Shown: positions 49,331 through 62,246 of the stretch, one piece after another
How the letters are laid out: every line of letters starts with the position of its first letter
How positions within the stretch are numbered: position 1 is the stretch's first letter
Assembly: GCA_036172245.1 (NCBI GenBank)
Contig: JAYWIR010000002.1
Location: forward strand, 1 to 64,000
Direction: 5' to 3'
Length of the DNA stretch: 64,000 bases
Source: Raillietiella orientalis
Taxonomy: Eukaryota
Notes under the pieces: generated by a model
What the model saw: the letters and a program-made list of their open reading frames with translations, nothing else
Database searches by the model: none
What the model was told of the DNA's origin: nothing
Position numbers and translations under genes: made by a program

Positions 49331-52300
49331 TGCTTCTAAATCTATGCATAATCGAAGATAATGTTTTTAGTTGTCTCAACACCTTACTGCCAAACAAAAA
49401 GTAGTTTATGTGTGCTTGATGTGCAGGATACTTCCAAAAAAGGGTCAATGGACAGACGTATGGTTTCATATGAAAAGGCACGTTTAGTTTTTCATTGCGC
49501 CTGTATGCCTAAATTCCAAAGCAGAACGGTGCCAAATCAGGAAATACACTAATACAACCATTTAGGAAAACTAAGAGGAAAATTGGTTGATTTTAAAGCA
49601 TTGTTTGTGAAGAAACAAAGCCAAAAGCATACGGGCTAAAACAAAGAGTCGGGTAATAAGAACCAGTTAAATCCTACTTTGATTTCAATTCCTCAAACTC
49701 ACGGAAATCATTTTACAAAGGCATGCATGAATACAACAGTTGAAATGACTAGATCAAGGCAAATTATTTGAGATACAGTAATTACTATGGCTATTTCTGA
49801 AAGAGTGACCACCAATATTGTTGTCGATTTCAGATCATTTAAAATAGAAATATCAGAGTTCACTAAAATTCCATCTTAATCAATGAAGCATACACAAAAC
49901 ATTACACTAGTATCCACTTTGAGTTCTGTCTATAATTTATAATGACTGGGAAGGGATATCTCTTATGCAAGATTGTTCTGAAAATCAATGCAACTCCAAC
50001 ATATTTAGACGAATGCTGAGCAATCTTCAGCTAATAGCATTTGTTTCTGTGGTCAATATCGGAGCCTTATCCATGTCTCTGTATAGAATAATAGAAATAC
50101 TAATGTGCTTGAAATTCACTGCTGATTTAACTTATGTGCATTATATTGTAAATCAAAAGTGTTACATAAAGGTTTCGTAAAGAATGTTTCATAAAGGAAT
50201 ACATCCTTTAAGGCTAGAAATAAAACAATCAATCATTGACTATTAATGTACATAATTGAAGCTATCGTCAGTCCTTGGAAATAAATATAAGGAGCAAAAC
50301 ACTCATGCAAATGGTGCCGGAAATTTCTCTGATGTCTTGTTATAAAACAATGAAAGATTTTTTGATTCGTAGAAAACAATTTTTTAAGAAAAATTCAAGA
50401 TAGAGAACACAAATTCACTTGAAACTGTGGAGTTTTCCAATCTTTTAAAATTCTATTTATGGGCATTTCAATGAAAAATTAGTAACTCAGCACATCTTCA
50501 TTACAATTCTGAAACATGGATCACACTTTTGCTCGAGAGTTTAGGGAACAATATCTGATTTTTATTGTCCGGCAACGAAATGAAACTCAAAGAAATTGCG
50601 AGTTGTTTCGAATACATATGCTGAGGTTGAATGCATCAAAATAAAAAGATTGTAAGAGTGCTATTTTGCAATTTTGAAATATATTTGTTTTGTATGATGG
50701 GTCCTTCTATTGAAAAAATTTGACAAATAATATGTCATAAGAAAAATAATGAAGATTGTGGTAGATGTGTCTTTTTGTTTCTCGCTCAATATTTCATTTC
50801 ATTATAAAGTTATTCGAAATTATCACTAATCATCGTTACTTGTCTTTGTTTTCGTTTCAGAATTCAATTCAATTTTGTGATGTGAACTCTGTGAATAACA
50901 GCAACAGATTTCCAATAAAGAACTAGTTTACAAAATAGGGAAAGTTTATTTTACTTCTGTTGGAACGATACTGAACTGTATTTTCATCAAAAGAGGTATA
51001 TTTATATGTTGCATCTTTTTTTCATTCTTCACTTCATTGTTCCTTGTGTATTCATTAGGTTTTATTATTCACGTGGTAACGTGAAAGCACGCTGCCATCA
51101 CAAATTCGGTGGTCTCGAGAGCTTAAGCCCAGAAAGTCTGAAAAACACAGAGTGTATGCAAATCGTACGTGATTTGAATTAAATTTTTCAGGCAGGACCA
51201 GATTTAAAATGGTTTGTTCATAGATCGTTGCGTTCACAGATCAATTACAAGACTCAATGAACTTTTAGTTTTGTACCCTAGATTACTGAAGGATATAAAT
51301 CTAATTTTAAAGAATATATTAAGAAATCTTTTTGACATTGGATGATTTAACAAGATCTACTCAAAAATGGTACCTCAACTTTGTAAGGAACTCTATACAT
51401 TTATACTCTGGAGGCTGTGCTTTTAAACAGGATGGTTTTGAGTCTTAAAGTCGAAAGTCCACTGAAATCATTCATATTTAAACAGAATTTTCTTTCGTGA
51501 TAATGAATAGAAAGAAAAGGTATATAAGCCTGGAACAGTGGCGAGTTGAAGTATATGACAGTTTGTTGAAACTAAAAACTTATTTATAGAAAAATATTAA
51601 ATCTCAGATAGTAAATAAATAAATGTTTTTTTCTACTTTGTGCACATAAATGTGCTAAAAGGAAGTGTAGGAAAAAAAAATTAAGCAGCTTAAGTTCAGG
51701 AATATCATTTTTTTTTTTTCCGATAAGAGAAAGAACCATGACTCAGTATCAGATATTACTTTCAAAACAGGAACTTAAATGATTAATCACTGGAAGTCTA
51801 GCGAATGCGACTCTTTTGGGTGAAAGTTTTCTCAGATAATTTTAGCTGATAAGGAGTTTTATCTCTATTGCTATTTTTGAGCTATTTTGACAATTGCATT
51901 TGCGTGAGTAAAGGTCAGATATTTTTTTTTATCGTGATAAAAATGGTTTGGGTCCATTGCGAATGTTATTTTCTAAGAAAATAACACAGAAACCATTAAC
52001 TTTGCTGTACACGTGTACAAAATTTCTGTATGTGGTAATCATAGCTGTTGATGACATGAAATGGCAGGGTAAGAGTGTTAAGCAGGCGATGCGAGACGAT
52101 TTGCGTGTTAAATACATCCTTAATCCAAATTCACTGGTTAGTATTGAATAACATTATGTATTTGTATTTCATGTAATTATTTCATGTCTGAAGTAAAAGG
52201 AAATATGTAAAGATCTGCTTTATAATTAAAATTACTCCATTTCCTGACTGTGTATTTACAATTCATATTGATTTCAGAAGTAGATGGTGTCTTTCTTATA

Positions 52301-52390
52301 TCCATGATTTGAATTATATTCAGATGTTAACATTACGGTGATATCCAGTTCCATTTTCTTGAGTTGAGATGAGTTTTAAACTAAAATTGT

Positions 52391-54110
52391 ATGCTACAGA
52401 AGTGTAGTATGCCAGTTAGTGCATGTGTAGAACGTGTAGCCGAAAACAAAGAGTTTCCTTGCCCCGAAAATGCAGAAAATGGTTGGGTACATATCTGTGA
52501 AGAATATGCAAAAAACTGTTCGGTAATTTTATTGCAAAAAATAATAAGATATCTGAAATTAAATGCACAAACTATAGAATCGTTGTCATCTGAACAGATC
52601 ACATCCGAGTTTTACAGAGTATTTTCAAAAAATCTCATAAAGGAATTTAAAAAATGCATTGAAACCGATTCTACATTGTGTGCCGATGGTTTGGAAAATA
52701 CTTTGAAATGTGATGCAGTGGATTACAGTGAAAAAAATTTGAAAGCAGGTTTATCATGTAATTCAGATATAAATATATCCAACATAAAAAAAAAGAAATC
52801 TTTCTTGCCCAGTGTTAATTTTAGAAATTTGAAAAAGAGCATTTTTCGTAAACAGCACTCAGATGAAGTTGAACTTTCTTCAAGTAAACATGTGAAGCAA
52901 ACCAAAAAACAGATTATTAGAATTCCTGTTGAGTGCATTAAATCTGAAAACGTTTGTTACGTTTCCGGTGAAAATCTAGAAGGTGCTCAAAAATGGGAAA
53001 AAGGAAAACTAATTTTATTAAAAGCTGCAGCTGGACCAATGCTGGAATTTTATTCCCCTGCCAAGGTCTGTTTGATCTCTTAAATTTGTATGTGTATTGG
53101 TAGATGTTTACAGTTCATGCTTATTTAGAGTACCTATCCATCTGTTGGGATTTTCACTTACTTGATTGATGAGGTTAGGGAAACAACAAGATTGGAGATG
53201 CCTGATCATGACAATACATTTGTTATCAAGGTATTTCATAATGGCATTAAAATTAGCAAGTTTTTTTTTTTCTTCTGTAGATGCATACAAATATAGAGTT
53301 TGTGGTGGAAGTCCACGACAGTCTGAGTGTTCAAAATTGGCTCTCATGCATTCAGTCTTATTGCAAGAATGATTGGGATTTTAGAGATGTTTGGGAAAGG
53401 TGAGAATATGGAGACGCACTCCACTTTGTTGATGGCTACTATTTAGTAAGAATGAACGACAGGAGCATCAATCCGATTTTAAAAAAGAGCTGTCTGAAAA
53501 CATTGCTGCACCTAGCAGTAGGGTTCAAGAACCTAATGTGTGCCAGCCAGTGAAAGATGCTACTGATTTATCTTACACCAAATTATCTGGTACTCAAATC
53601 AGTAAATCATTTGAAACAGAACGTTATGTCATTCCGGCTTTACAAGAATATCCATGGTGGCATGGAAACTTGTCTAGAGTAACTGCAACAGAGTTTGTGC
53701 TCCAAGGAGGCATGGCTTTTCATGGAGTATTCCTGGTACGGCGTAGTGAGACACGACATCATGAAATGGTTCTGACATTTAACTATGAAGCCAAAGCTAA
53801 GGTAAGATGCGCTTTCCCTTTTAAACTGTCACTTGGCCCCTTTCAGCATTTGCGTTTAACAGTCAACTCAACAGGACAATGCAGAGTACAGCATTTTTGG
53901 TTTGAGTCAATTTTTGATATGTTGGAACATTTTCGCTCATACCCCATACCCTTGGAATCTGGAGGATCATCAGATGTGTGCCTATCCAATTTTGTGATCT
54001 GTAATCAGCATAATACTAATCCAGTGTGCACACATCCGGGTTCAGTGCGAGCACACCGCTCATCCCTGGAATTGCCACCTGTTGGCGAGAATCCGTACAG
54101 TTTTATTTGA
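52391..54110 (+). CDS. SH2B: SH2B/Lnk-family adaptor protein (dimerisation helix, PH, SH2)
   Basis: Exons 52391-53065, 53129-53230, 53281-53399, 53447-53801, 53847-54110 (1515 nt, 504 aa). PH motifs LEFYSPAK and [22 protein letters not shown]2 [39 protein letters not shown]-terminus ENPYSFI. Confidence 0.93.
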
Positions 54111-54117
54111 TCTCCAA

Positions 54118-55500
54118 CTAAACATCCACCGTATCACCATCTAATGATCTTTCTGAAGCTTTGAGCTGTTTTGCCATTTTGGCCAATTTCTTGTGCATCA
54201 TTTGTAGCTGGAAGTATGTTATTTAGCAACAGATTTTTTCCCCCGTTCTCACTTCTTCTTCTTTCTTCTGTAATAATTTCTCTGTTGATTCAGGGCCCTC
54301 ATCTGCATTTGATAAAGCATAGCTAATGTTGGCAAGACATCTGGCTCTAAAACACTCGTAGTGTACATCTTCTGTTATTTCTTTCAAATCCTGCATATGG
54401 GATGAAACCAGAAAACTGCGTAGCTGAGAAAAGTCACTGTGTTCTGGATTGTCCACTAGAATAAAATAAATTTCGAAAAAAGGAAAAGGAAAAGCATTTG
54501 AATTCACGTGTATCACGTGACTGGTTGTGTAATGCGTCAGTTTGTGTAAGCACGCAGAAACTCACCTTCCACTATACCCCAAACGTACTGCCTCCCTCGT
54601 ATACGGCGCCCGTTTACCTCAAATATCGAATTGCTCGCAACTACGGCAAAGGGCATGTTGTCGATCAGAGTCTGTGCCTGGCTTCGAGCTTCGTCGTCGT
54701 CGCTGTCGCAGGTCTGCTGCCAATGTATCTGAAGCAAGCGTGAAGATGCATTTCGTTTTTGCGGCCTCTCACGTGTATTCCATTGCTGTTCAAATCCCGG
54801 TTGATGTTCTTCTTCATCTGCTTGACCTCCTTTGCGGACAAAGTGTCCGCCTTTGCGATAATAGGTATGATGTTCACCTTGTCGCGCAGACGTTTCATAA
54901 AATCGATATCCAACAGCCTCATGCTAGTTGTCACAGTTTGCACGTGTACGTTGCATATTCATCGTGTAGTACCTGTGACCATAAGGGGGAATAAAGTACA
55001 AGCAACAGTGGACGCGATTATCTTGTATGTGCTTCCTGTTCAAGCCACTCTCGTCCTGGAAATACTGGTAGAACTGCTCTGTTACATAATTGTCGATGAC
55101 GCACCAGTCGTCGCTACTGTTTAAAGAGTCACCGAACCCTAAACAAACTCAAAGGTTAACCCAGTGAAATGCAAGCAACAGACCTGGGGTGTCCACAATA
55201 GTCAATCTCAGCTTGATTCCTTTTTCCTCTATTTCCATCATGTGTCTCTCGATTGCTACTGTCTTCATTATCTTGTCTATTGATACAGTATGATAGAGGC
55301 TTCCGGTCTGTTTTCGTACCTGAAACTTCGTCAATGTGTTTCTCTTGACTCAAATTAGACCGGAATAAGTTGTCAATCAGAGTGCTTTTTCCTAGTCCAG
55401 AATCCCCGACTATCATCACTGTGAAATCAAAGCCTCTCTTGACGGACTTGCGATGGATTTGCTCCGGTAAAGTGGCGAAGCCAATGTAGTTGTTATCGTT
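54118..55500 (-). CDS. Septin, SEPT2 group (Sep4/SEPT4-5-like); first exon uncertain
   Basis: Exons 55500-55320, 55276-55184, 55138-54973, 54923-54773, 54728-54566, 54455-54253, 54207-54118. Motifs [54 protein letters not shown] candidate upstream exon lies at 56444-56406 (MKSRSRSSFRVPK|GTAATG). Confidence 0.94.
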
Positions 55501-58500
55501 CTGAAAGAGTGAATAACTGTTAAAGAGAAAGCTAATCACAGACGTTATGAAAGTCAACCGAACAATAAACATCCATGCAATCCTTGCACTGAATGATGAT
55601 TGTTCAGTAAATGTTCTCGACTATCAATGCTTCAAGTGGTTAGAGTAAGAGCTTCAAAACCTTTACTCTTGTGTGAGGTTTGTCACCATATGTTTGCAGC
55701 ACTAGTATAAAAGCATCGCAAAGTTGAAAACTTTTGAAAGACCAATGGCAAGGTACGCAATGAAAATCGTAGGAACTAAGCATTTCAATTTTGCAAGCGT
55801 CATGTTAAAAGTTCGGAAAAAGAAAAATGTACTATCGTCACGATCAATTTGCCAGGTCGTCCTGCGTATAGTGCACATGCGTAAGCATTGTTTCTTTTCA
55901 AATTCTCGAGATTTGTGTTAGCTTCGTGATACTCAGAATTTTCTTGGATTCTCATCCCAGAGTTCTATTCGCATTCCCAGCTTTTTAGCAACAAAGCGAC
56001 ACGTAGAATCGGATATCATCAGTAGGCACCAACCTACTCCTCCATCCAACACCAGATTTCATGAAAGTCAAAAATTCACAGATGGCAATCCGAATCGATC
56101 ATAATGCAGTAAAAAGTTTTCGCGGGAATGCTTTCTTTTGGATCATGTAACAGCCTGTCGATTCTTAGCTTGAACCTCTCTCTCCGATATTCCCGATATC
56201 CGATTTATCACGATTCGTATGTTTGTCCTGCGTCTTAGAGTCTGCTATAAAGGAAAGAGAGAGATTTCATCACTCTGGTATCCCCGACTGCTCCTGCTAC
56301 TGTCTACGGCTCAAGCTCAAAGGTCGCAGCAGTCTTGCCATGAATACAATATGAATTAATGCATGCATGTTTTATATCACACTGTAGTGCACTGTTAAAC
56401 ATTACCTTTGGAACTCTAAAAGAAGACCTAGACCGAGATTTCATACTCCTAGACACTTAATCTCCAGTACATTAAGAAAGAAAAAAGAAAAAAAAAAATT
56501 GGCTATTTTTACACTCTTGAATAAAACGTTTTCTCTTCACTCGTTTCTAAAGTGAGTGCTACAGTGCTGCTTCAGCACGAACCAGGATACTTTAAAATGA
56601 GTAACTGATTTTCGTTCTTCCATTGCAAGCACTCAGTTTTCTAAACTTTCTTTAGAGATTCGGAAACCTAGAATCTCTTGACAATAGATGAATGTCTCCA
56701 TTCCATAGATGGGGGAAAAGTATCTTTTTTGCAATTTTTCCGCGTTCCAATGTCATGAAGCGACAAGAAATGACTACTTGAAGAAGATGAGTGGTGGAAT
56801 CCATAAGCTGAATGTTGGTTTTTCGTGAATGTTAATTGCTAATAATGGATCATTGGTTGTAAAATTTTTGGGAAGAAAGGGTGCACAAACTCGCACGACT
56901 CCGTTTTAAATTTTGAATTGGATTCTATGGTAAATAAATGTTCCAGCTGCCGCTAGGACACGTACAATGAAAGGATGCTGTTAGAAATACGAATTGTATG
57001 AGACCGTGATGCTAAATAAAAAGATTGAAATAAGGTGATGAAAGACACAGAACACCCACAACAACATTATATGGAATAATGTTGTTGTGGGTGTGGATGG
57101 ATGGATCCAGTAAGGATGGATCAAGTAAACTGACAGCAAAATTAGAAAATTTGAGTGCAGGGCCGCAGGAAACGAAAACTTTGCATGTCAAGTCATCGGG
57201 TGTAGATGCCAAAGAAAGACTGGTGATTACGAGGGACAAGTTACTGGAAAGACTCACCATTTCTTAAAGGAACTGTGGAACAATTACAAGATTTTCATCG
57301 AGGCAATCGTTTTCCTTCTCTAATTAGTGGAACACCATCACAAGGGGAAGCCCAAAGTACTAAAAGAATACGCTCTCTCAATTATTCGGTTTGTAGGATG
57401 ATTTATCTATCTGTATTAGGGATGCTCAAACATTTGAATTATCAAATCGAAATTATGCCATAAACATGGTTTCGAGTTTCAAATTGAACTTGAGATTCTT
57501 TGCTCCGTCCTCTCTGTCGAGAGACCAAAGATTGCCCATTCACGGAGACCTCAGATAAATTTGATACTGGAGCCCACACAAAGTGATCACGAGACTATCA
57601 TTTTCTAACTTTCCATGTACTATGAAATTAGTGAAAATGCTGGGAACCATGCATACAATTACGAGGTCATAAGCGTACATATACATATTCTACTACATAC
57701 TCATTGAATGATTTCACTATTCACTGTCAAATAGTATTTTGATTCACAGGTTGAATGCCTCTAAAGAGACAGACAGTGCATCATGGATAACCTTTCCAGA
57801 TTGATCCTAGGTTTCACTATTGACCCCATGTTTTATTTAGAATCATAGGTTGCTCCGCATGGTTATGAAACAAATTTCTCCATCTCGTAATCATTGTAAT
57901 CCTTGCATCAGGAAACAATATTCAATTCTCAGCTTCTGGTGCAGAAACAGGACGATATTTATGACTAATACGAACCGAAGTTCTATTTTCAACATTTTCC
58001 GCTGCCAAAGAATAGTCAAATGCTCTTTGTTTTCGCTCATGATGAGCAATTCACATGCACTCAGTTGATCTGCAAATCACTGACTTCTCATGAAGTTCAA
58101 AGTGTTATTTCAATGAAGATCTTTTCTAAAGATTTCCATAATGATGCGCTGGCACTCAGTATGGGAACGGCTCCTGCACGCGCAGCCTTCTATTTTCTCA
58201 CCGGTCCAGTTCTCTTGTTCCTTCCCTTACGAAATTTTTGTCCAGATTTCTTTCTGAGGAACAGGAAATTGTATCCACTGATGGATGCATGATAATGAAT
58301 AGTGGACCCATTATCATAGCCAGCAATGCTCCTCTGATGACATTGAGTCTGACATTCCCACAGTGCATTGAGATATTCCTTGCGAATAGAAGCATCTCCT
58401 GCAGGTTTAGTTTTTATTATTGTTGTTCAATATGCTTTCCCTTAGATCTTTGGAACTGTCATCCAAAAAGCAAGATGCATTTCAAGGAGTGTACGTGTCG

Positions 58501-58599
58501 AGCCCGTGAAGAAGCTGGAGGAAATCCGCTGCTTTTCTGGTCTCCTAGTCTGTCCCCTATGCAAACTTCTTGCCGGGAGATCCGCCGCTGCCAAATAAG

Positions 58600-59330
58600 C
58601 TCGATTTATTATACCTATGCATCTTTATCGTGCATTCAGCCTTCATCTAGAAGCTTTATCTTTGAGATCTTTGGTGCAATCTTCTAGGAGTATGACTGTA
58701 ATGGTTAACAGTGCTTACTCCCTTTTGTCACGGAAACCTTATATCAGATATCTGTTTAATATCTTCAGATATAGGCATATACAAGAAACTGACACGTCTG
58801 TCTCATCCACTCAACTGCATCCGCTTGCATCTAACAAATATCACTTGCTGTACACCCCAATGTAAGCGGATGCAGAGTTCTCGTTTTGCGGATGTCCTCG
58901 CTTCGCGACCATCCCTTTCGGGTGGCGAACTCTCCCTTGCACGCTTCCTGCGGATGAGAGGTTGCCAACGGCGACCGCTGATTCGCTACTGAATCCCATC
59001 AGATGCATGGCATTTAAAGAACTGTAACCGTTTCGTATATACGAGGTGTTCACGTCGGGCGCCTGAAAGAAACGAAGCCACAATAGCATCAAAAACAAGA
59101 GCTGCCTGAGTTTGGCGATGTCAGCAAGCAGCACGACGTGCTGTTGCTTTGCCTGTCCAGAAGAATGGGTCGGAGGCGCGATTCCAGGAAACGAGCTCGC
59201 GAAAATCCACAAACACTGCTCCCCATAAGGGGCGACCTAGAACGCGGCGGGCGAGAATGCTTCCGTGAAATGCGAATACCTTGCTGTCGGAACCCACTTG
59301 ATTGTATTCGTTCTCACAGATTTTCATTAC
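58600..59330 (-). mobile_element. Decayed LINE (RTE/CR1-like) reverse-transcriptase fragment
   Basis: Ordered, frameshifted remnants GFRQ-G, FSPAAF, VVLLADIAKLRQLL..VN, YLLDASGC..KILNR parallel GVRQG, LSP.LF, D..LLA...LQ.LL..GL.IN and LLYGSE.W. Confidence 0.45.
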
Positions 59331-60391
59331 TGCAGATGAGATACGACCGACGCTTCACTTCACGGCCCGGATTCATTTGTTAAATGAATGGATTGTATCT
59401 GAGACGAGCTCAACATCCGAAATGACTCCCGTAGCCGCAGAAACAAACTGCCGTCTACTCTTTATTGCAGCTAAGACACTTGATTCTTCAGGTTCCTTTC
59501 CCTTCGTGCTTATCCTCCGAGTTCATGAGCCGTTCCGAATCAGTGCGCCTTCAGTATGCTCGCAAAACGTAGACCTACGAGGTCATTACACGGAAAATGG
59601 CAAATCTACTCTGTGCTCTTCTTTTCCTATCCCGGGGAATCGATTTCGAACCAAATTCGCAGGGTAGTTTAGAAACTTCGAATCGCCAACACATCTCTAA
59701 TTCGAATGCTCAAGATGCGATGAAGACTGGCCTTCGGCCCATCCTCAAGGGTAGAGTGAACTGGGTCTGTGCACCTGTCTTGCCCCAATCCCAAAAGAAC
59801 GTCCAAGAATTTGCAAGTGGTTCCACGAGAAAAGGAACCACCAAAAGAGCAGTTCCTCGGAAACGCTTATTCTTCCTCATTTTGTTACTATGACTGCATG
59901 GAACAGTGTGGATCTTTCATCATGCTGAGGCTGAAGAAAACTTGCAGCTTCCTTTTCCAACGATGGTAAGTGCTCTTCTTTTTTCTTACGGCTCCGTAAA
60001 AGCACCTTGCAGCGAAGTAGTAGTTAGGACTTTGTCAGAACTTCTTCTAAACGTGCTGTACCCTACGGTTCGAAGTGGGTTCAAGGAATCGGATGCGCTT
60101 CCTTGTCTTTCGAGTCCACCGCGAGCACCTCCCTCTGCCGTGCCGTTAAAATACGCAACTTCCAACCGATTCCTGATACACCCGCTCTGAAATCGGATCG
60201 AATCCTTTTAGCTCGAGGGAATCGAGCTTCTCCCAAAGTATGTGGAAGTTCAAACCAGCCAACCGTTTCCCTGGGTGATGCAGCCTGTGATGGAAAACTC
60301 TTTTGGTCTTTTGATCAAGATGCACATCGTACAGCTAGGTTTGAACTTTTCTCCCCTGACGAAGTGTGGAAGCCAAGGAGAAAGTAACGTT

Positions 60392-61100
60392 CCTTTTTTT
60401 TCTTGGTTCACCAAATGCTGAAGTACCGTTCGCCTCCTTAAGGGAAGCTCACGAAGCTCTTGAACGCTGTCCACGCCAGCCGAGGGAGCGTGGGCGTGGA
60501 CAGCGTTTTCAAATTAGGTGGCAACCTTGGAGGGACCAGCCTATGAATCCAGGAAAGTTCCGGAGAAAGGGGTTTGTTCATTTTACTCTTGGTAGGGAAC
60601 CCCAAAGGGGACTACCCCCTCATTCTCTCCAGAGGGACCCCCCGGACGGGACCGCTGCTGCAATTTGTTCTCCGGAGGGAACCCGCAAGAGAACCGTTCC
60701 TCGTTTGCTCCTCTGAAGAGAACCCCAAAAGGACGCTTCCCAATTTCGCTGAAGGGCGCTTCTTGACACTCTGGAGAGACATCAACCAGCTCCATGGTAC
60801 GCGATGGACGGTCTCCTCCGAGGGAAGGGAGGAGGAAGGGGGACGACTGTATGTTCACAAGCGGAAGGGAACGACTCCTTGATTTCTGGAAGGTCCCCAA
60901 GGCCACTCAATGGGACAGCATCCGGTCTCCGGATTCCACCCGTACCTCCCCTGGAGGCTACAGGCCAACCAGCGTCATCTTGCGAGGGGGACTCAAAACT
61001 CATGACGACCCATTTCTCGGCGTCGATCCTTCTCCGGGTTGGATTCGAACTTGCAACGTTTACTGTCACGCGCGGAGACCTCTGGAGATACACGGCCGCC
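60392..61100 (-). mobile_element. tRNA-derived SINE, copy 3 (near full length)
   Basis: Head GGCGGCCGTGTATCTCCAGAGG on the - strand; B-box reverse complement GGATTCGAAC at 61041-61050; colinear with copy 2; A-rich tail. Confidence 0.82.
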
Positions 61101-62246
61101 GCCAACGCGGGCACTGGAAGGTGGCGTTGCAAGAACAGGGACGGCGTTTCGGAAGGGGGCATTGATGCTGACCACGAGAACGCCAGAGGCCTGCCAGTCG
61201 AGGACTCCGACTGATTTCCCCAATCGGAGGTCTCTTGGTACCCGTAAGAATCCCTCCAGTAACGTTCCTTTACGGATCTACTTCAGGAACAGGAGGCTCT
61301 TTGTAGTGGTCCCTTCATTTATCCCGAGGGCAAGACACCTTCCAATCTGCTGTCGCTTTGTCACAGATAGGATAATTCCTTTCTTTCTCAGTTTCTCAAG
61401 CGCTTCGCTCTGTGTTGCTGGTGTATCTGGTGTTTAGATAGCAGGTGTGAACATCATGTAATAAGGCAATGGAATTACTCATCAATCAGTTTCCAGTTTC
61501 CTGACGCTTCTTCAAACCCGCCCGCTGAGTCTTCCGTCTTTGTTTTCTGACCATTTCTTCCTGGATCCGGAATTTCAGAAGTCAGAAATATCCTTCAGTT
61601 TAGATGCTCTATGGTGTCTCTCGCTTTTCTTTATCCACTCTCAGAAACACTTCATCGGTCCATTCTTCATCCTTCTCCATCGCGCTGTTTTTGTTTTTTG
61701 TTTTTTGTTTTTTTTTTTTCCTAGCGTTTTTCCATCGCCGAAATTGGTTGTAGAACTTGTTCTTTCTACAATGGACTACTTTCTTCTAAGCTCATTCGAT
61801 CAGATGACGCGATCCATCTCCGATATCTGAACCAACACGTGCTATTGCCTGGCTAAGCCGTTTGCTGCTGCTCCTGTTTCGTGATGGATCCATTTCAAGA
61901 GACTCTCGTATGCTCGCGAAGTTCCTGAGTGGGCTCTGTGCTTCTCTCATTCCTCGTCTGAAAATCAGCTCGCTGCGTCCGAAGTCCTCCGAGTCTTTCG
62001 GTGCTGTTGCCCTGAGCGAGATGGCTCTTGCCTAATAACAGCACACGGTCTCTAAAGAAACAAACCGACCCGTCTCGTCACGTGAGAAGAAAAGAAAATC
62101 GAGCTTGGCAAACCTGCAAATCACAAGAAATTTTCACAACATGAGCAGTTTTTGAGAGCAAGGCGCACTTCTGCCCACTCGATGCGCCCTAGTGGTCAAA
62201 ATTCAATCGTTATGAGGGATGCATTCCGAGAAAATATGCCCTCCTC

